DNA from: Phycisphaerae bacterium
Lineage (GTDB): Bacteria > Planctomycetota > Phycisphaerae > UBA1845 > Fen-1342
Direction: 5' to 3'
Assembly: GCA_963675745.2 (NCBI GenBank)
Contig: CAXXWX010000023.1
Span: forward strand, 160,001 to 224,000
Length of the DNA stretch: 64,000 bases
Shown here in pieces: positions 34,772 to 44,871 of this stretch (the first letter of the stretch is position 1; each line of letters begins with the position of its first letter). The notes under the pieces were generated by a model. That model searched no databases. It was given only the letters and a program-made list of their open reading frames with translations, and had not been told where the DNA came from. The position numbers were made by a program, and so were the translations under genes.

Positions 34772-37246
34772 TTGGCGCGGGTGAGAAACCCTGACGGCGG
34801 CGGAGTGACTTTGGTGAGCGCCCCCACAAACAACAACGTCGGCCCTGGCGAAGATCACGGCGAACCTGTGGATTCGTCCCCCGACCTCGCCCCGAACGAT
34901 GGCACCACGATCCGGGTACCGCTGAACGGCTCGGAGCCATCCGAGCCGGGTCGCGAACACGCCGCGGCCGGGCCGCTGCCGGATTCGTTCTCGGGCTACG
35001 AGATCGTGCGCGAGATTCACCGGGGCGGGCAGGGCGTGGTCTATCACGCAATCCAGACCGCGACCAAACGTCAGGTGGCCATCAAGGTGATGAAGGAGGG
35101 CCCGTTTGGCGGCGCGGCCGACCGGGCGCGCTTCGAGCGCGAGGTGCAGATTCTCGGGCAGCTCAACCACCCCAGCATTGTCGCCATCCACGAGACCGGG
35201 AGCGTCGCCGGCTGCGACTACTTCGTGATGAACTACATCACGGGCGAGCCGCTGGATGCGTACATGAGCGCCGGCCGGCGTTCGATCGAGCGCACGCTGC
35301 GCGTTTTTGCGGAGATCTGTGACGCGATCAACGCGGCCCATCTGCGCGGCATCATTCACCGCGATATCAAGCCCGGCAACATTCGTATCGATGCCAACGA
35401 CCGTCCGTACATTCTCGATTTCGGGCTCGCCAAGCTGACGACCGCCGAAACCGCACCCTCGGCCATGACGCTGACCGGGCAGTTTGTCGGCAGCGTGCCG
35501 TGGGCGTCGCCCGAGCAAGTGGAAGGCACCCCCGAGAAAATCGACATGCGCACGGATGTCTACTCGTTGGGTGTGATTCTCTACCAGATGCTGGTCGGCG
35601 CATTCCCCTACGACGTCGTCGGCCCGATCCGCGAGGTAATGGACCGCATCGCGAGCACGCCGCCGCTTTCGCCGCGCGTCTTGCGCCGCGAGATCAACGA
35701 TGAGGTCGAGACGATCGTCCTCAAGTGCCTGGCCAAGGAGCGCGAGCGCCGCTATCAGACCGCGGGTGAATTGGCCCGCGACATCCGCCACTATCTGGCC
35801 GGCGAGGCAATCGCCGCCAAACGCGACTCGTTTGGATACGTTTTGCGCAAGCAGATCAGGCGCTATCGAATCCCGGTGCTGCTGGCCGCGGCTTATATCG
35901 TGCTGACCACGGTCGGCTTTGGGCTGGGTTTTGGCACGTCGTACAGTTTCTGGCGCGAAGCGGTGTCCCAGCGCGACGCCGCCGACGCGGCGCGCCAGGC
36001 CACCGAGCAACAGCGCATGATCGCGGAGGGACACGCCGAACACGCCCGGGCCGAAGCGGCCAAGGTCGCGGCGGTCAGCGGCTTCCTCCAGGACATGCTG
36101 GCGTCTGTTGATCCGTCGAAGTCGCTGGGGCGCGAGGTAACCGTGCGCTACATGCTCGACGAGGTGGCCCGCGAGTTGGAGAGCGGCACACTGAACGATC
36201 AGCCCGAGGTTGAAGCGGAGATCAGGCGCACCATCGGCAACACCTATCGGGCGCTCGGGTTGTACGCCGCCGCCGAGCCGCACCTGCGCGCCGCCCGCGC
36301 GCTACACATCGACGTGTTGGGTGAGTCTCATCGCGACTCGATTTCGGTGACGAACGACCTGGCCGAATTGCTGCTGGCGCAACACCGCCTGGGAGAGGCT
36401 CAGAGCCTGCTGGTGCCCAATCTCGCGCGGGCCCGGGCCGTGCTCAGCGCGGATGATCTGGTGAAGGCGACCGCCATGAGCGACCTGGCAACGTTGCTGC
36501 GACGTCAGAATCACCCGGATGACGCCGTACCGCTCTTTGAGGAGGCGCTCGCGTGTCGGGCGCGCGTCTTGGGCGACGATCACCCGGACACGCTCGTTAC
36601 GCGCGGCATGTTGCGCAATACGTTGCTGGAAGCCGGCCGGGCGGTGGAGGCCCGGGCGCTGCTCGCGCGCATGTTTGACGAGAAACCCGGGCAGACTGAG
36701 CAGGAGCGCACCAACGCGCTCACCACATTAAACAAGCTGGCCAGGATGTATCTGACGGTCGGACGTCACGCCGACGCCGAGCCGCTGTTGCGCGCCGTGC
36801 ACGATCAGCGCGTGCAGTTGTTGGGGGTTGACCATCCCGATACACTCAGTGCGCAGCATCAATTGGGGGTACTGTGCTTCAACGCCGGCCAGCGCGAAGA
36901 GGCTGAAGAACTTCTGACCGATGTGCTGCGCCGTCAACGGCGAGTCCTGGGCGCCGCGCATCCCGATACGCTGACCACGATCAACGACCTTGGGCTGCTG
37001 TACAGCAAGCAAGCGCGCTACGAAGAGGCTGAGGCGTTCTTGCGCGAGGCCTTTGAGGGCCGTCGGGCAACGCTCGGCCTTCAGCACCCACTGACGCGCG
37101 CCTCACTGATGAAGCTCGGGCTGGTGTACCGTGCGCAGGGGCGTTTTGAGGAGGCTCAGCGTCTGACCGAAGATGCCGCGGCCCTGGAGGACGCCGAAGC
37201 GGATACCCCGCGTTTCACGCCGCTCGACACGCCGGAGGAACCCTAG
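34772..37246 (+). CDS. Ser/Thr protein kinase with TM and kinesin-light-chain-type TPR repeats
   Basis: HRGGQGVV, VAIK, HRDIKPGN, DFGLAK, WASPEQ, repeated LG.DHPDTL units. Start uncertain (could be 34805 or 34814). Confidence 0.92.
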   Translation: MARVRNPDGGGVTLVSAPTNNNVGPGEDHGEPVDSSPDLAPNDGTTIRVPLNGSEPSEPGREHAAAGPLPDSFSGYEIVREIHRGGQGVVYHAIQTATKRQVAIKVMKEGPFGGAADRARFEREVQILGQLNHPSIVAIHETGSVAGCDYFVMNYITGEPLDAYMSAGRRSIERTLRVFAEICDAINAAHLRGIIHRDIKPGNIRIDANDRPYILDFGLAKLTTAETAPSAMTLTGQFVGSVPWASPEQVEGTPEKIDMRTDVYSLGVILYQMLVGAFPYDVVGPIREVMDRIASTPPLSPRVLRREINDEVETIVLKCLAKERERRYQTAGELARDIRHYLAGEAIAAKRDSFGYVLRKQIRRYRIPVLLAAAYIVLTTVGFGLGFGTSYSFWREAVSQRDAADAARQATEQQRMIAEGHAEHARAEAAKVAAVSGFLQDMLASVDPSKSLGREVTVRYMLDEVARELESGTLNDQPEVEAEIRRTIGNTYRALGLYAAAEPHLRAARALHIDVLGESHRDSISVTNDLAELLLAQHRLGEAQSLLVPNLARARAVLSADDLVKATAMSDLATLLRRQNHPDDAVPLFEEALACRARVLGDDHPDTLVTRGMLRNTLLEAGRAVEARALLARMFDEKPGQTEQERTNALTTLNKLARMYLTVGRHADAEPLLRAVHDQRVQLLGVDHPDTLSAQHQLGVLCFNAGQREEAEELLTDVLRRQRRVLGAAHPDTLTTINDLGLLYSKQARYEEAEAFLREAFEGRRATLGLQHPLTRASLMKLGLVYRAQGRFEEAQRLTEDAAALEDAEADTPRFTPLDTPEEP

Positions 37247-37966
37247 ATGGCGCCGCTGGCGTCCATGCGTGGCGTGGATGGGCGAGTGCTGGAAAGCGCA
37301 TGCTCCAGCACACCGCGGCGCTGGCTGTGCGTGGGTATCGGGCTGCTCGTGGTAACCGCCCTGGTCCACACCCAGGATCAGTCGCTGTCGGCGCTGATCG
37401 TCGGCCTGGCACCCGAGGGATCGATCACTCAGCGTGTGATCAAGCAGTCATACCGGCTATACGCGTGGTGGAGCTTCGTGCTGATAGCGGCCATGTTAGC
37501 GGGCCATCCACGACGTCTGCGTTTGCTGAGTGCCTACGGTGCTGCGATCAGCACCTGCCTGGGTTGCGTTCACCTGCTCAAGCTGGTGGTCGGGCGCGCC
37601 CGGCCACAATTCGGCGCGGGAGCATATCACTTCGTGCCGCTGGACGTCTTCGACGCCTGCGACGGTTTCCCATCAGGGCACACCGCGGCCGCTACGCTCC
37701 TCGCGGCGCTGGCGGGGCTGTATTGGCCGCGATCGCGCTGGATACTGTTCCCCGGCGCGCTGCTGGTCGGTGTCGCCCGGGTCAGTCAGGAGCGTCATTA
37801 CGTGTCTGACATCACCGCCGGCGCGGGCATTGCGTTGATTACAGTGCATCTTTGCGTGCTATGGTTGGGGCGCGGCCATTTCCCGCCGTTGCGCTCGGTT
37901 GATGTGTCCGGCGAACCTGAGACCGCGGCGCAATCCTCGGTTTTGCCGGAACCGGCCCCAACGTAG
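37247..37966 (+). CDS. PAP2-family membrane phosphatase
   Basis: K..VGRARP, FPSGH, ARV...RHYVSD. Confidence 0.88.
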   Translation: MAPLASMRGVDGRVLESACSSTPRRWLCVGIGLLVVTALVHTQDQSLSALIVGLAPEGSITQRVIKQSYRLYAWWSFVLIAAMLAGHPRRLRLLSAYGAAISTCLGCVHLLKLVVGRARPQFGAGAYHFVPLDVFDACDGFPSGHTAAATLLAALAGLYWPRSRWILFPGALLVGVARVSQERHYVSDITAGAGIALITVHLCVLWLGRGHFPPLRSVDVSGEPETAAQSSVLPEPAPT

Positions 37967-38219
37967 CTCACGTCGGGTGCTGCCTCCACCACCTGGTGTC
38001 GCAGGCTTTCGGCCCATTCCCGGGCCGACGCGGCGGCCCGGTGTCCGAGATGGTCGCACATCCGCTTCGTGTGTTCCGCGCCTTTCCGTCGCGACGCACA
38101 TGGTCAAGCGGGTTGCTTTCCGATATAAAACCCATGGTTGGCTGGACGTGTCGCGGCGGCTGCCGGTTTCCGCCGGGCGACGTCACGGTGGATTTGCGAC
38201 GAACACATGTGATCATTCG

Positions 38220-38771
38220 ATGGCTCTGAAGCTCACAAACCGCCGCGTTATGCTCCTGACGGCCTCCCTGGCGCTGCTGACCAGCGCGTGCCAACGCAAC
38301 ACCGCCACCGTCAGCTTTGACCATCCCGAAATGGCGGCGTGGATCGAGCTCATGATGCCGCAGCGCATCGAGATCCAGAAATTCACGCAACCGATCAGCC
38401 GTACGGGGGACGGCAAGGCCGATGCGCTGGAGGTCATTCTCGGGTGTGTTGATTCGACCGACGAATTCACGCGGGTGGTCGGGACGTTTCAGTTCGAGCT
38501 GTACAAGCGCCAGTTGACGCGCGGTCTCAAGCTGGAAGAGCGGGTGGCCTACTGGCGGCGCGAAGTGCGCACGGCCGAGCAGGCCAACGAATACTGGGAG
38601 CGCTACGCACGCTACTACCGCTTCCCGCTGTCACTCACCGACGGCCCCCCACCGGCGGGCGCATACCTGCTCAAGGCCCAGTTCACGACGCCCGTCGGGG
38701 AACATCTTTTTGACGAGTTTCTCGTCGAGTTCAGCGATGATCCCGTGCCGCCTCTGGAAGCGCGATATTAA
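38220..38771 (+). CDS. Hypothetical lipoprotein
   Basis: MALKLTNRRVMLLTASLALLTSAC lipobox; coding-like composition only from ATG 38220. Confidence 0.7.
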   Translation: MALKLTNRRVMLLTASLALLTSACQRNTATVSFDHPEMAAWIELMMPQRIEIQKFTQPISRTGDGKADALEVILGCVDSTDEFTRVVGTFQFELYKRQLTRGLKLEERVAYWRREVRTAEQANEYWERYARYYRFPLSLTDGPPPAGAYLLKAQFTTPVGEHLFDEFLVEFSDDPVPPLEARY

Positions 38772-38944
38772 CAGCCCTTGTCAATCCAACCGTGACGCGG
38801 GGCCAGAGCGCCTTTTCCGCTCTGAATATGTGAGGGCGGACGCCGACCATCATCGGGCTTTCCCGTATAAGATCATTGCACGAATCTAAGCGCACGCTTA
38901 TTCACCGGATTGAGCTTGTGACCGCGTTTGCTGGGATGTCGAGG

Positions 38945-41308
38945 ATGAAACTGAAGCTTTCGCTGTTGGCCGTGTTGGCCGTCATGCCGCAACTTGCCGC
39001 CGCCAAGCCGCCTGCTCTTGCGGCGCGGCTGCTGCTGGATCGTGATGGGATTGCGCCCGGCACATCCGCCACGCTGGCCGTCCAGATTGACATTCCCGAG
39101 AGATGGCACATCTATCACCCGCTGCTGCTCGACACGGGGCTGCCGACCAAAGTCGAGTTCGAGTTACCCGCGGGCGTCAGTGTTGGCCCCATCCAATACC
39201 CCCGCCCGGAATACGGCCAGGCCGAGGATATCGCCTACCTGGCCTACGGGGGTCGCGCGGTTCTGCTCACGGAAATCGCGGTTGACGCGTCGGTGCGGGC
39301 CGGGCAGAGACTCCCTGTGAAAGCCGAAATCAACGCCCTGCTCTGCGAGGATAATGGCCTGTGCATGCCTGTCACCGCACTGGCGACGACGCTGTTGCCG
39401 GTGAGCGCGGCCGACGGCGCGCGCGCCAATGAAGAACTGTTCGAAGAGGCGCGCGCCAACATCCCTCATCCGCTTGCGAAAGCCCCGTATCTGAAAGGAA
39501 GCCGCGCGCTTGTTTCGCACAGCCGGCTTCCGATCGGCGCCGCCGGCGAGGTAATCGTTGCCCTCAACATCGAACCGGGCCATCACATCAACGATCGCGA
39601 CCCCGGCGGCGAGAGTCTCATTCCCACACGGGTTCTGATCGAATCGGTCGACGGCCTGGAGCTTGATCTCGAAAACCAGAGGTGGCCGAAGCCGACGGTA
39701 ACTGAGCAGCGGTTTGTCGGTACGGTGCGGCACCAGCACGGCCTGGCGGTAATCCGCACCCCGCTTGTGGTCAGCGACCAGGAGTTCACGCCACGACCGG
39801 TCGAGCTGCGCGTACTGGTAGAGTATCAGGCGTGTAAGGATGGTGGACAGTGCTTCCTGCCGGAATGGGCCGAGACCACGGTCAGCTTCACCGTTGTGCC
39901 GGCCGACGCTCCGGCAGTGCTGGTCGATGATGATCTGGTCGGGGCGGACGAGACTGAGGACGACCCTGACGGCGCTGCGGCGCCGGAGCAGCGATCGGCC
40001 GCCGGCATGCTGGTCGTGTTTCTCTTCGCGTTTCTGGGCGGGATCGTGCTGAACGTCATGCCCTGCGTGTTGCCGGTGATTTCGCTCAAGATCTTTGGCT
40101 TCATGCAGCAGGCCGGTGAGTCGCGCGCGCGCATCCTGAACATGGGCCTGGCTTACGCCGCAGGCATCATGACCAGTTTTCTGGTCGTGGCGCTGGTGAT
40201 GGTGATCGTCATCCCCGGCGCGACCTGGGGCGCGGTCATCATGCAGAGCCCCACGGCACTGATCATCATGTGTGCAGTCGTGGTGGCTTTTGGATTGAGC
40301 ATGTTGGGCGTGTTCGAGTTTCTCCTGCCGGGCGCGGCGATGAACGCCGCCAGCCAGGCGAGTGAGAAGGAAGGTTACGGCGGCGCGTTCTTTCACGGCG
40401 TGCTGGCGACGGTATTGGCCACTCCCTGCACCGGACCGTTCCTGGGGTTCGCGCTGGGCGCGCTGGCTACGCTCAGCAAGCCGCTCATGTTCCTCGGTAT
40501 CATGACGGTCGGGCTGGGGCTGGCGTTTCCTTATGTCCTGCTGACGGCCTTCCCGAACTGGCTGCGCTACATGCCCAAGCCGGGCAACTGGATGGTGACG
40601 CTCAAACAGCTCATGGGCTTCATCATGCTCGCGGTTCCCCTGTGGTTGCTGTGGATACTGCAATTCCATGGCGGCGCCGCGCAGGTCTTGTGGACGCTGA
40701 CCTTCCTCTTTGCGGTGGCAATCGCCTGCTGGATGCTGGGCAAGATCGACCTGAACGCTTCAACGGGCAAAACGCTCGGCATCTGGGTCTTGGCGCTGGC
40801 GGTTCTGGCGGCAGGCTGGTTCACCGGCAAGTACTTCTTCAAACCCGGCGTCGATCGTTTCGTCCACACGCTGACGGCAGCGCAGTCAGGTTCGGAAGGC
40901 GCCATCGCCGGCGAAGGCATTGAGTGGCGTGCCTGGGAACCGGGCATCGGCCCCCGACTGGCCCGCGAAGGCCACACCGTGTTCATGGATTACACCGCCG
41001 CCTGGTGCCTGACCTGCCAAACCAACAAGCTCGCAGTGATCGAGACGGCAGCGGTGCGGGCCAAATTCCGCGAGTTGGGCGTAATCGCGGTCAAGGCGGA
41101 TCTCACGCGTGACAACCCGGAGATCGCCAGGGAAATCCGCACACATGGTCGCAACGGCGTCCCCGTGAACATTGTTATCCCGGCAAACAAACCGGAGGCG
41201 CCGATTCTGCTCCCGGAGCTGCTCACGCGGAGCATGGTTTTCGACGCCCTGGAAAGCGCCGGTCCATCCAAAACGGCAGATCCTGCCGCCGTGCCTGACG
41301 ACGATTAG
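38945..41308 (+). CDS. dsbD: Thiol:disulfide interchange protein DsbD family
   Basis: Two N-terminal Ig-like domains (WHIY..C....C, HHIN..QAC....C), TM NVMPCVLP and ATPCTGP, thioredoxin WCLTC. Confidence 0.9.
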   Translation: MKLKLSLLAVLAVMPQLAAAKPPALAARLLLDRDGIAPGTSATLAVQIDIPERWHIYHPLLLDTGLPTKVEFELPAGVSVGPIQYPRPEYGQAEDIAYLAYGGRAVLLTEIAVDASVRAGQRLPVKAEINALLCEDNGLCMPVTALATTLLPVSAADGARANEELFEEARANIPHPLAKAPYLKGSRALVSHSRLPIGAAGEVIVALNIEPGHHINDRDPGGESLIPTRVLIESVDGLELDLENQRWPKPTVTEQRFVGTVRHQHGLAVIRTPLVVSDQEFTPRPVELRVLVEYQACKDGGQCFLPEWAETTVSFTVVPADAPAVLVDDDLVGADETEDDPDGAAAPEQRSAAGMLVVFLFAFLGGIVLNVMPCVLPVISLKIFGFMQQAGESRARILNMGLAYAAGIMTSFLVVALVMVIVIPGATWGAVIMQSPTALIIMCAVVVAFGLSMLGVFEFLLPGAAMNAASQASEKEGYGGAFFHGVLATVLATPCTGPFLGFALGALATLSKPLMFLGIMTVGLGLAFPYVLLTAFPNWLRYMPKPGNWMVTLKQLMGFIMLAVPLWLLWILQFHGGAAQVLWTLTFLFAVAIACWMLGKIDLNASTGKTLGIWVLALAVLAAGWFTGKYFFKPGVDRFVHTLTAAQSGSEGAIAGEGIEWRAWEPGIGPRLAREGHTVFMDYTAAWCLTCQTNKLAVIETAAVRAKFRELGVIAVKADLTRDNPEIAREIRTHGRNGVPVNIVIPANKPEAPILLPELLTRSMVFDALESAGPSKTADPAAVPDDD

Positions 41309-41337
41309 CCAGCGCGGCCCATTTCGTCCGATATCTA

Positions 41338-41366
41338 AAGGAGCACCTTGCAGCGCGCCGATAAAA
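41338..41366 (+). promoter_or_regulatory. Putative sigma28 (FliA/WhiG)-like promoter
   Basis: (CTA)AAGGA-N14-GCCGATAAAA; same core as 10789-10817. Confidence 0.5.
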
Positions 41367-41494
41367 CGGGAGCGGGTTCGGTAGCGCGCCGAAGCAGCGC
41401 TTTGCCAGACCTCGCGGTGCTACTCGCCTCGTGCCGATAGCAGTTGCTGTCAAGACTGCACGTTGGCGGCATAGGAGGCCATCAGGTGTCAAGA

Positions 41495-42616
41495 ATGCGG
41501 AAAGAAGGGCTCGTCATTCTGGCTTTGAGTTTAGCGCTGGTCCCGGTGTCGCTGTTTGTCGGGTGTCAGCACGCAGATCACCGCAGCGCGGACGTCACGA
41601 TAGACCAGTCGATACCCAGCGCGACAAGGCCTGCTCTTGCAACGCAGCCCGGCACGACAGCCACGAGAAACCGCACTGTCGCGGGCATGACGCAGCACAC
41701 CTTCGCCGGCGCCGGGCTCGACTTTGACCCGGATGTCGATTCCGCGGGCAGAGAATTGGTCTTCGCATCAACGCGCGATTCGGAGCATCCAGACATCTAC
41801 ATCAAACACGAACTCAGCGGCACTGCCACACGACTCACCAGCAACCCGGCCGACGATATCCAACCGCGCTTCAGCCCGGACGGCACGCGGGTCGTGTTCT
41901 GCTCGAATCGGGGAGACAACTGGGATCTCTGGCTGGTCAATCGTGACGGAACCGGGCTGCGGCGGCTTACGCACGATGTCGGGGACGAAGTCGCGCCCTG
42001 CTGGGCCGCGGACGCGAGCAAGATCGCGTTCGCAAAATGGACGCGCCAGACACGCCGCTGGGAGGTCTGGACGCTGGATGTGGAACAGCCCGGCGTTCGC
42101 CGCTTTCTGGCCTGCGGGATGAACCCTGATTGGTCGCCGGACGGATCGCGGCTGGCGTTTCAGCGGGCTCGCCGGCCGGGTTCGCGCTGGTTCAGCATCT
42201 GGACCATGCCGGTGGCTGAAGGTGCGGAAAGCGATCCCACCGAGCTGGCTCAAAGCCCGACGGCGGCCTGCATCGCCCCGCGGTGGTCACCCGATGGCAG
42301 CCAGATAGTGTATTGCGTCGTGTCGCCACCAGTCGCGACCGGCGTGACGGATAGCCGACAGATGGTGACCGAATTGTGGGTGGCAGATGCGGAGACGGGC
42401 GCGACGAGCCAGCTTGGGATTGGTGGCCACCCGGGGTTCAACCCGACGTGGGCGCGCACGGGACGCGTGTACTTCGTGTCGACGCAGGCGGGGCGTGAGC
42501 ATGTCTGGTCGGTCCAGGCTGGCGACAGCAGGCGACTATTATCGGACGCCGGGGGCGTGGCACCACACTTGCGCGGCAACCGCCGCCAATATAGCATCGA
42601 AACCGCTTCCGACTAG
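41495..42616 (+). CDS. TolB-like (PD40) beta-propeller lipoprotein
   Basis: Lipobox LFVGC; repeats P.FSPDG / PDWSPDG / PRWSPDG. Confidence 0.85.
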   Translation: MRKEGLVILALSLALVPVSLFVGCQHADHRSADVTIDQSIPSATRPALATQPGTTATRNRTVAGMTQHTFAGAGLDFDPDVDSAGRELVFASTRDSEHPDIYIKHELSGTATRLTSNPADDIQPRFSPDGTRVVFCSNRGDNWDLWLVNRDGTGLRRLTHDVGDEVAPCWAADASKIAFAKWTRQTRRWEVWTLDVEQPGVRRFLACGMNPDWSPDGSRLAFQRARRPGSRWFSIWTMPVAEGAESDPTELAQSPTAACIAPRWSPDGSQIVYCVVSPPVATGVTDSRQMVTELWVADAETGATSQLGIGGHPGFNPTWARTGRVYFVSTQAGREHVWSVQAGDSRRLLSDAGGVAPHLRGNRRQYSIETASD

Positions 42617-42763
42617 GAATCTTGATTGATGAGTACGCTCCGACATTCCTACCTCGCAGCAGCGCCAGACGCGATGTCCTTGCGCGACAAAACTCGCCGC
42701 GACGCACGACACGTGAAAGCGGCCTATAATATAGTGCGAGCCAGCCGGGCTAAGGCGGTGGCC

Positions 42764-43504
42764 GTGACATCAGGACAACTCTCACGGCTGGTGGTTCAAG
42801 CCGCTTTGATGGTTGCGCTCATTCCGTACGCCGGATGCACGCAGCGCGAGGACCGTATAGACACGCAGCGTGCCAACGAGGCCCCCACCGTCATCGTGGT
42901 CGCACCGGTCATCAATCTAAGTGATAACGCTGATATCGATACGCTGAAGGTGACGGATTGGGTCGCGTCTGAACTGCTGGAGTTTCCGGGTTTCGCGGTG
43001 ATACCGGTCAACATGACGCTGGCCGCCCTGGTAAGGCAGGGCAAGGCGCGCGTCGAGACGCCCGGTGACGCGCGCTGGTTGGCCAACGAATTCGATGCCG
43101 ACGCCACGCTGGTGGCCGCGATAACCGAATACGACCCCTATGATCCGCAGCGCGTCGGACTGATCTTGCAGTGGTACGGCCAGAAGCGGAGCGTGCGATC
43201 ATCACCCGGTCTGGAGACCGGCTCGCGTCAGGCCGGATCAGTGACGCCGGCAAGCGGAGGATCGGAGGGCGACGCGCCGGCCTACCAGGTACAGCGCAGC
43301 TTTAGCGCGGCGGACGAACGCGAGCTGGAGTTGCTGCGAGCATATGCGTCCAGTCGCGGCGGCGAGAACAGCCCCTACGGGTGGCGAAAATACGCCAAGT
43401 CGCAAGAGCTGTTCGTCCGTTACTGTTTATGGTCGATGATTGGGCCGATGGAAGACGTGCGGAAAGCAGATAACTCACTAGCGACGTCGGACGAGGCGGA
43501 GTGA
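42764..43504 (+). CDS. Hypothetical lipoprotein (alpha/beta, TolB-N/FlgO/LpoB-like)
   Basis: Lipobox YAGC, VIVVAPVINLS, DADATLVAAITEYDPY. GTG start inferred. Confidence 0.65.
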   Translation: MTSGQLSRLVVQAALMVALIPYAGCTQREDRIDTQRANEAPTVIVVAPVINLSDNADIDTLKVTDWVASELLEFPGFAVIPVNMTLAALVRQGKARVETPGDARWLANEFDADATLVAAITEYDPYDPQRVGLILQWYGQKRSVRSSPGLETGSRQAGSVTPASGGSEGDAPAYQVQRSFSAADERELELLRAYASSRGGENSPYGWRKYAKSQELFVRYCLWSMIGPMEDVRKADNSLATSDEAE

Positions 43505-43719
43505 TGACGACGGTGACGAGTCGTAGCCTGGTGCTGAAGAAGGGGCGCCACCGTTACGCGTTCTCGTACCGCGAAGGGCAGGAATCGGCGGTGCTGGCGG
43601 CAATGGTGAGCCTGGCCGACGACGAACGTAGTGATTTTGACTGGTTTGACGCGGCGGTCCTGAGTTACGAGATGGGGCAGCCACGGGGAATGGAACTGGA
43701 GCTTGAGCGGGCGCGTTAA
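43501..43719 (+). CDS. Small hypothetical protein
   Basis: GTGA overlap with the upstream stop; 72 aa with FDWFDAAVLSY motif. Confidence 0.7.
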   Translation: MMTTVTSRSLVLKKGRHRYAFSYREGQESAVLAAMVSLADDERSDFDWFDAAVLSYEMGQPRGMELELERAR

Positions 43720-43820
43720 GCGGATGTTAGCGCGACGGATTCGGCAGTAGGCCCATATGTCACGCGGACGACGATCGGAGTACGTCGCCTGACATGGTAT
43801 TCGCCGAAGTGTGATAAACG

Positions 43821-44840
43821 ATGAATGAGCAAAACAGCCTTATCGAACGGTTCATCAACTACCTGGTTGCCGAGCGTCACTTCTCGCCGCACACCTCGCG
43901 GTGTTACGGCGCGGACTTGCAGCAATTCTGCGAGTACTTGTGCGCGCCGCCCGAGGGTGCCGGCAACGCCACGGGTGCGAATCCGCAGGGCAACGGGCAA
44001 GGTGGCAGCGCTCAGTTGGTGCGCAGCCGAGATCGCAAATCGGTGCTCGATGATGTACCGGTCGAGGAACTCAACCCGAAATTGCTGGCGGTGGATACCG
44101 ACGCCGTGCGGGTCTTCATGAACCACCTGCGCGAGAAGAACTACTGCAAGAGCACCTCGGCCCGCAAGCTGGCCACGTTGCGCAGCTTCTACAAGTTTCT
44201 GGTGCGACGCGGCTACGCGACTGAGAACCCGGTCGCACCGATTCGCACCCCCAAGCAGGACAAGCGTCTGCCCAAGTACCTCGACATCGGCGACGTCGAG
44301 AAACTGCTGTCCAATCCGGACACGACCACGCTGCTCGGATCGCGCGACCGCGCCATGCTGGAGACGCTGTACTCGACCGGCATGCGCGTGAGTGAGCTGG
44401 TGGCGCTGGACATCAACGATCTTGATCTACAGACAAACGCCGTGCGGGTGCATGGCAAGGGCAAGAAGCAGCGTGTAATCCCGATCGGTCCGGGTGCGGT
44501 GCAGGCGATTCTGCACTTCCTGGATCTGCGTCGAAACGATGCGCGCGCGGCGGCCTTCCACCAGAACGCGCTCTTCATCAACAAGCACGGTCAGCGGCTG
44601 AGCACGCGCAGTGTCCGCCGCAAGCTCGACAAGTACCTGCTCGAAGCCGGCCTCGACCTGTCGATCAGCCCGCACACGTTGCGGCACAGCTTCGCCACGC
44701 ACATGCTCCAGCGCGGTGCCGATCTGCGCAGCGTTCAGGAAATCCTGGGCCACCAGAGCCTGAGCACCACGCAGATCTACACGCACCTCACCGGCGAGAC
44801 GGTGAAGGAAGAATACCTCGAATCGCATCCGCGCGCCTGA
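43821..44840 (+). CDS. xerC: Tyrosine recombinase XerC
   Basis: ERHFSPHT..Y..DL, RDRAMLETLYSTGMRVSEL, GKGKKQR, HTLRHSFATH, LGH..LSTTQIYTH. Confidence 0.88.
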   Translation: MNEQNSLIERFINYLVAERHFSPHTSRCYGADLQQFCEYLCAPPEGAGNATGANPQGNGQGGSAQLVRSRDRKSVLDDVPVEELNPKLLAVDTDAVRVFMNHLREKNYCKSTSARKLATLRSFYKFLVRRGYATENPVAPIRTPKQDKRLPKYLDIGDVEKLLSNPDTTTLLGSRDRAMLETLYSTGMRVSELVALDINDLDLQTNAVRVHGKGKKQRVIPIGPGAVQAILHFLDLRRNDARAAAFHQNALFINKHGQRLSTRSVRRKLDKYLLEAGLDLSISPHTLRHSFATHMLQRGADLRSVQEILGHQSLSTTQIYTHLTGETVKEEYLESHPRA

Positions 44841-44871
44841 CAGCGCGCCACAGCCATCGCCGCCCATCTCC

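Noticed and set aside
34501..34800. Replication origin at the switch from mostly minus to mostly plus genes
   Set aside because: No DnaA-box cluster (one mismatched box at most), no AT-rich unwinding region, no dnaA/dnaN
43821..44840. Tyrosine recombinase as a phage or island integrase
   Set aside because: Motifs are XerC/D-like; no tRNA, att repeats or mobile cargo nearby
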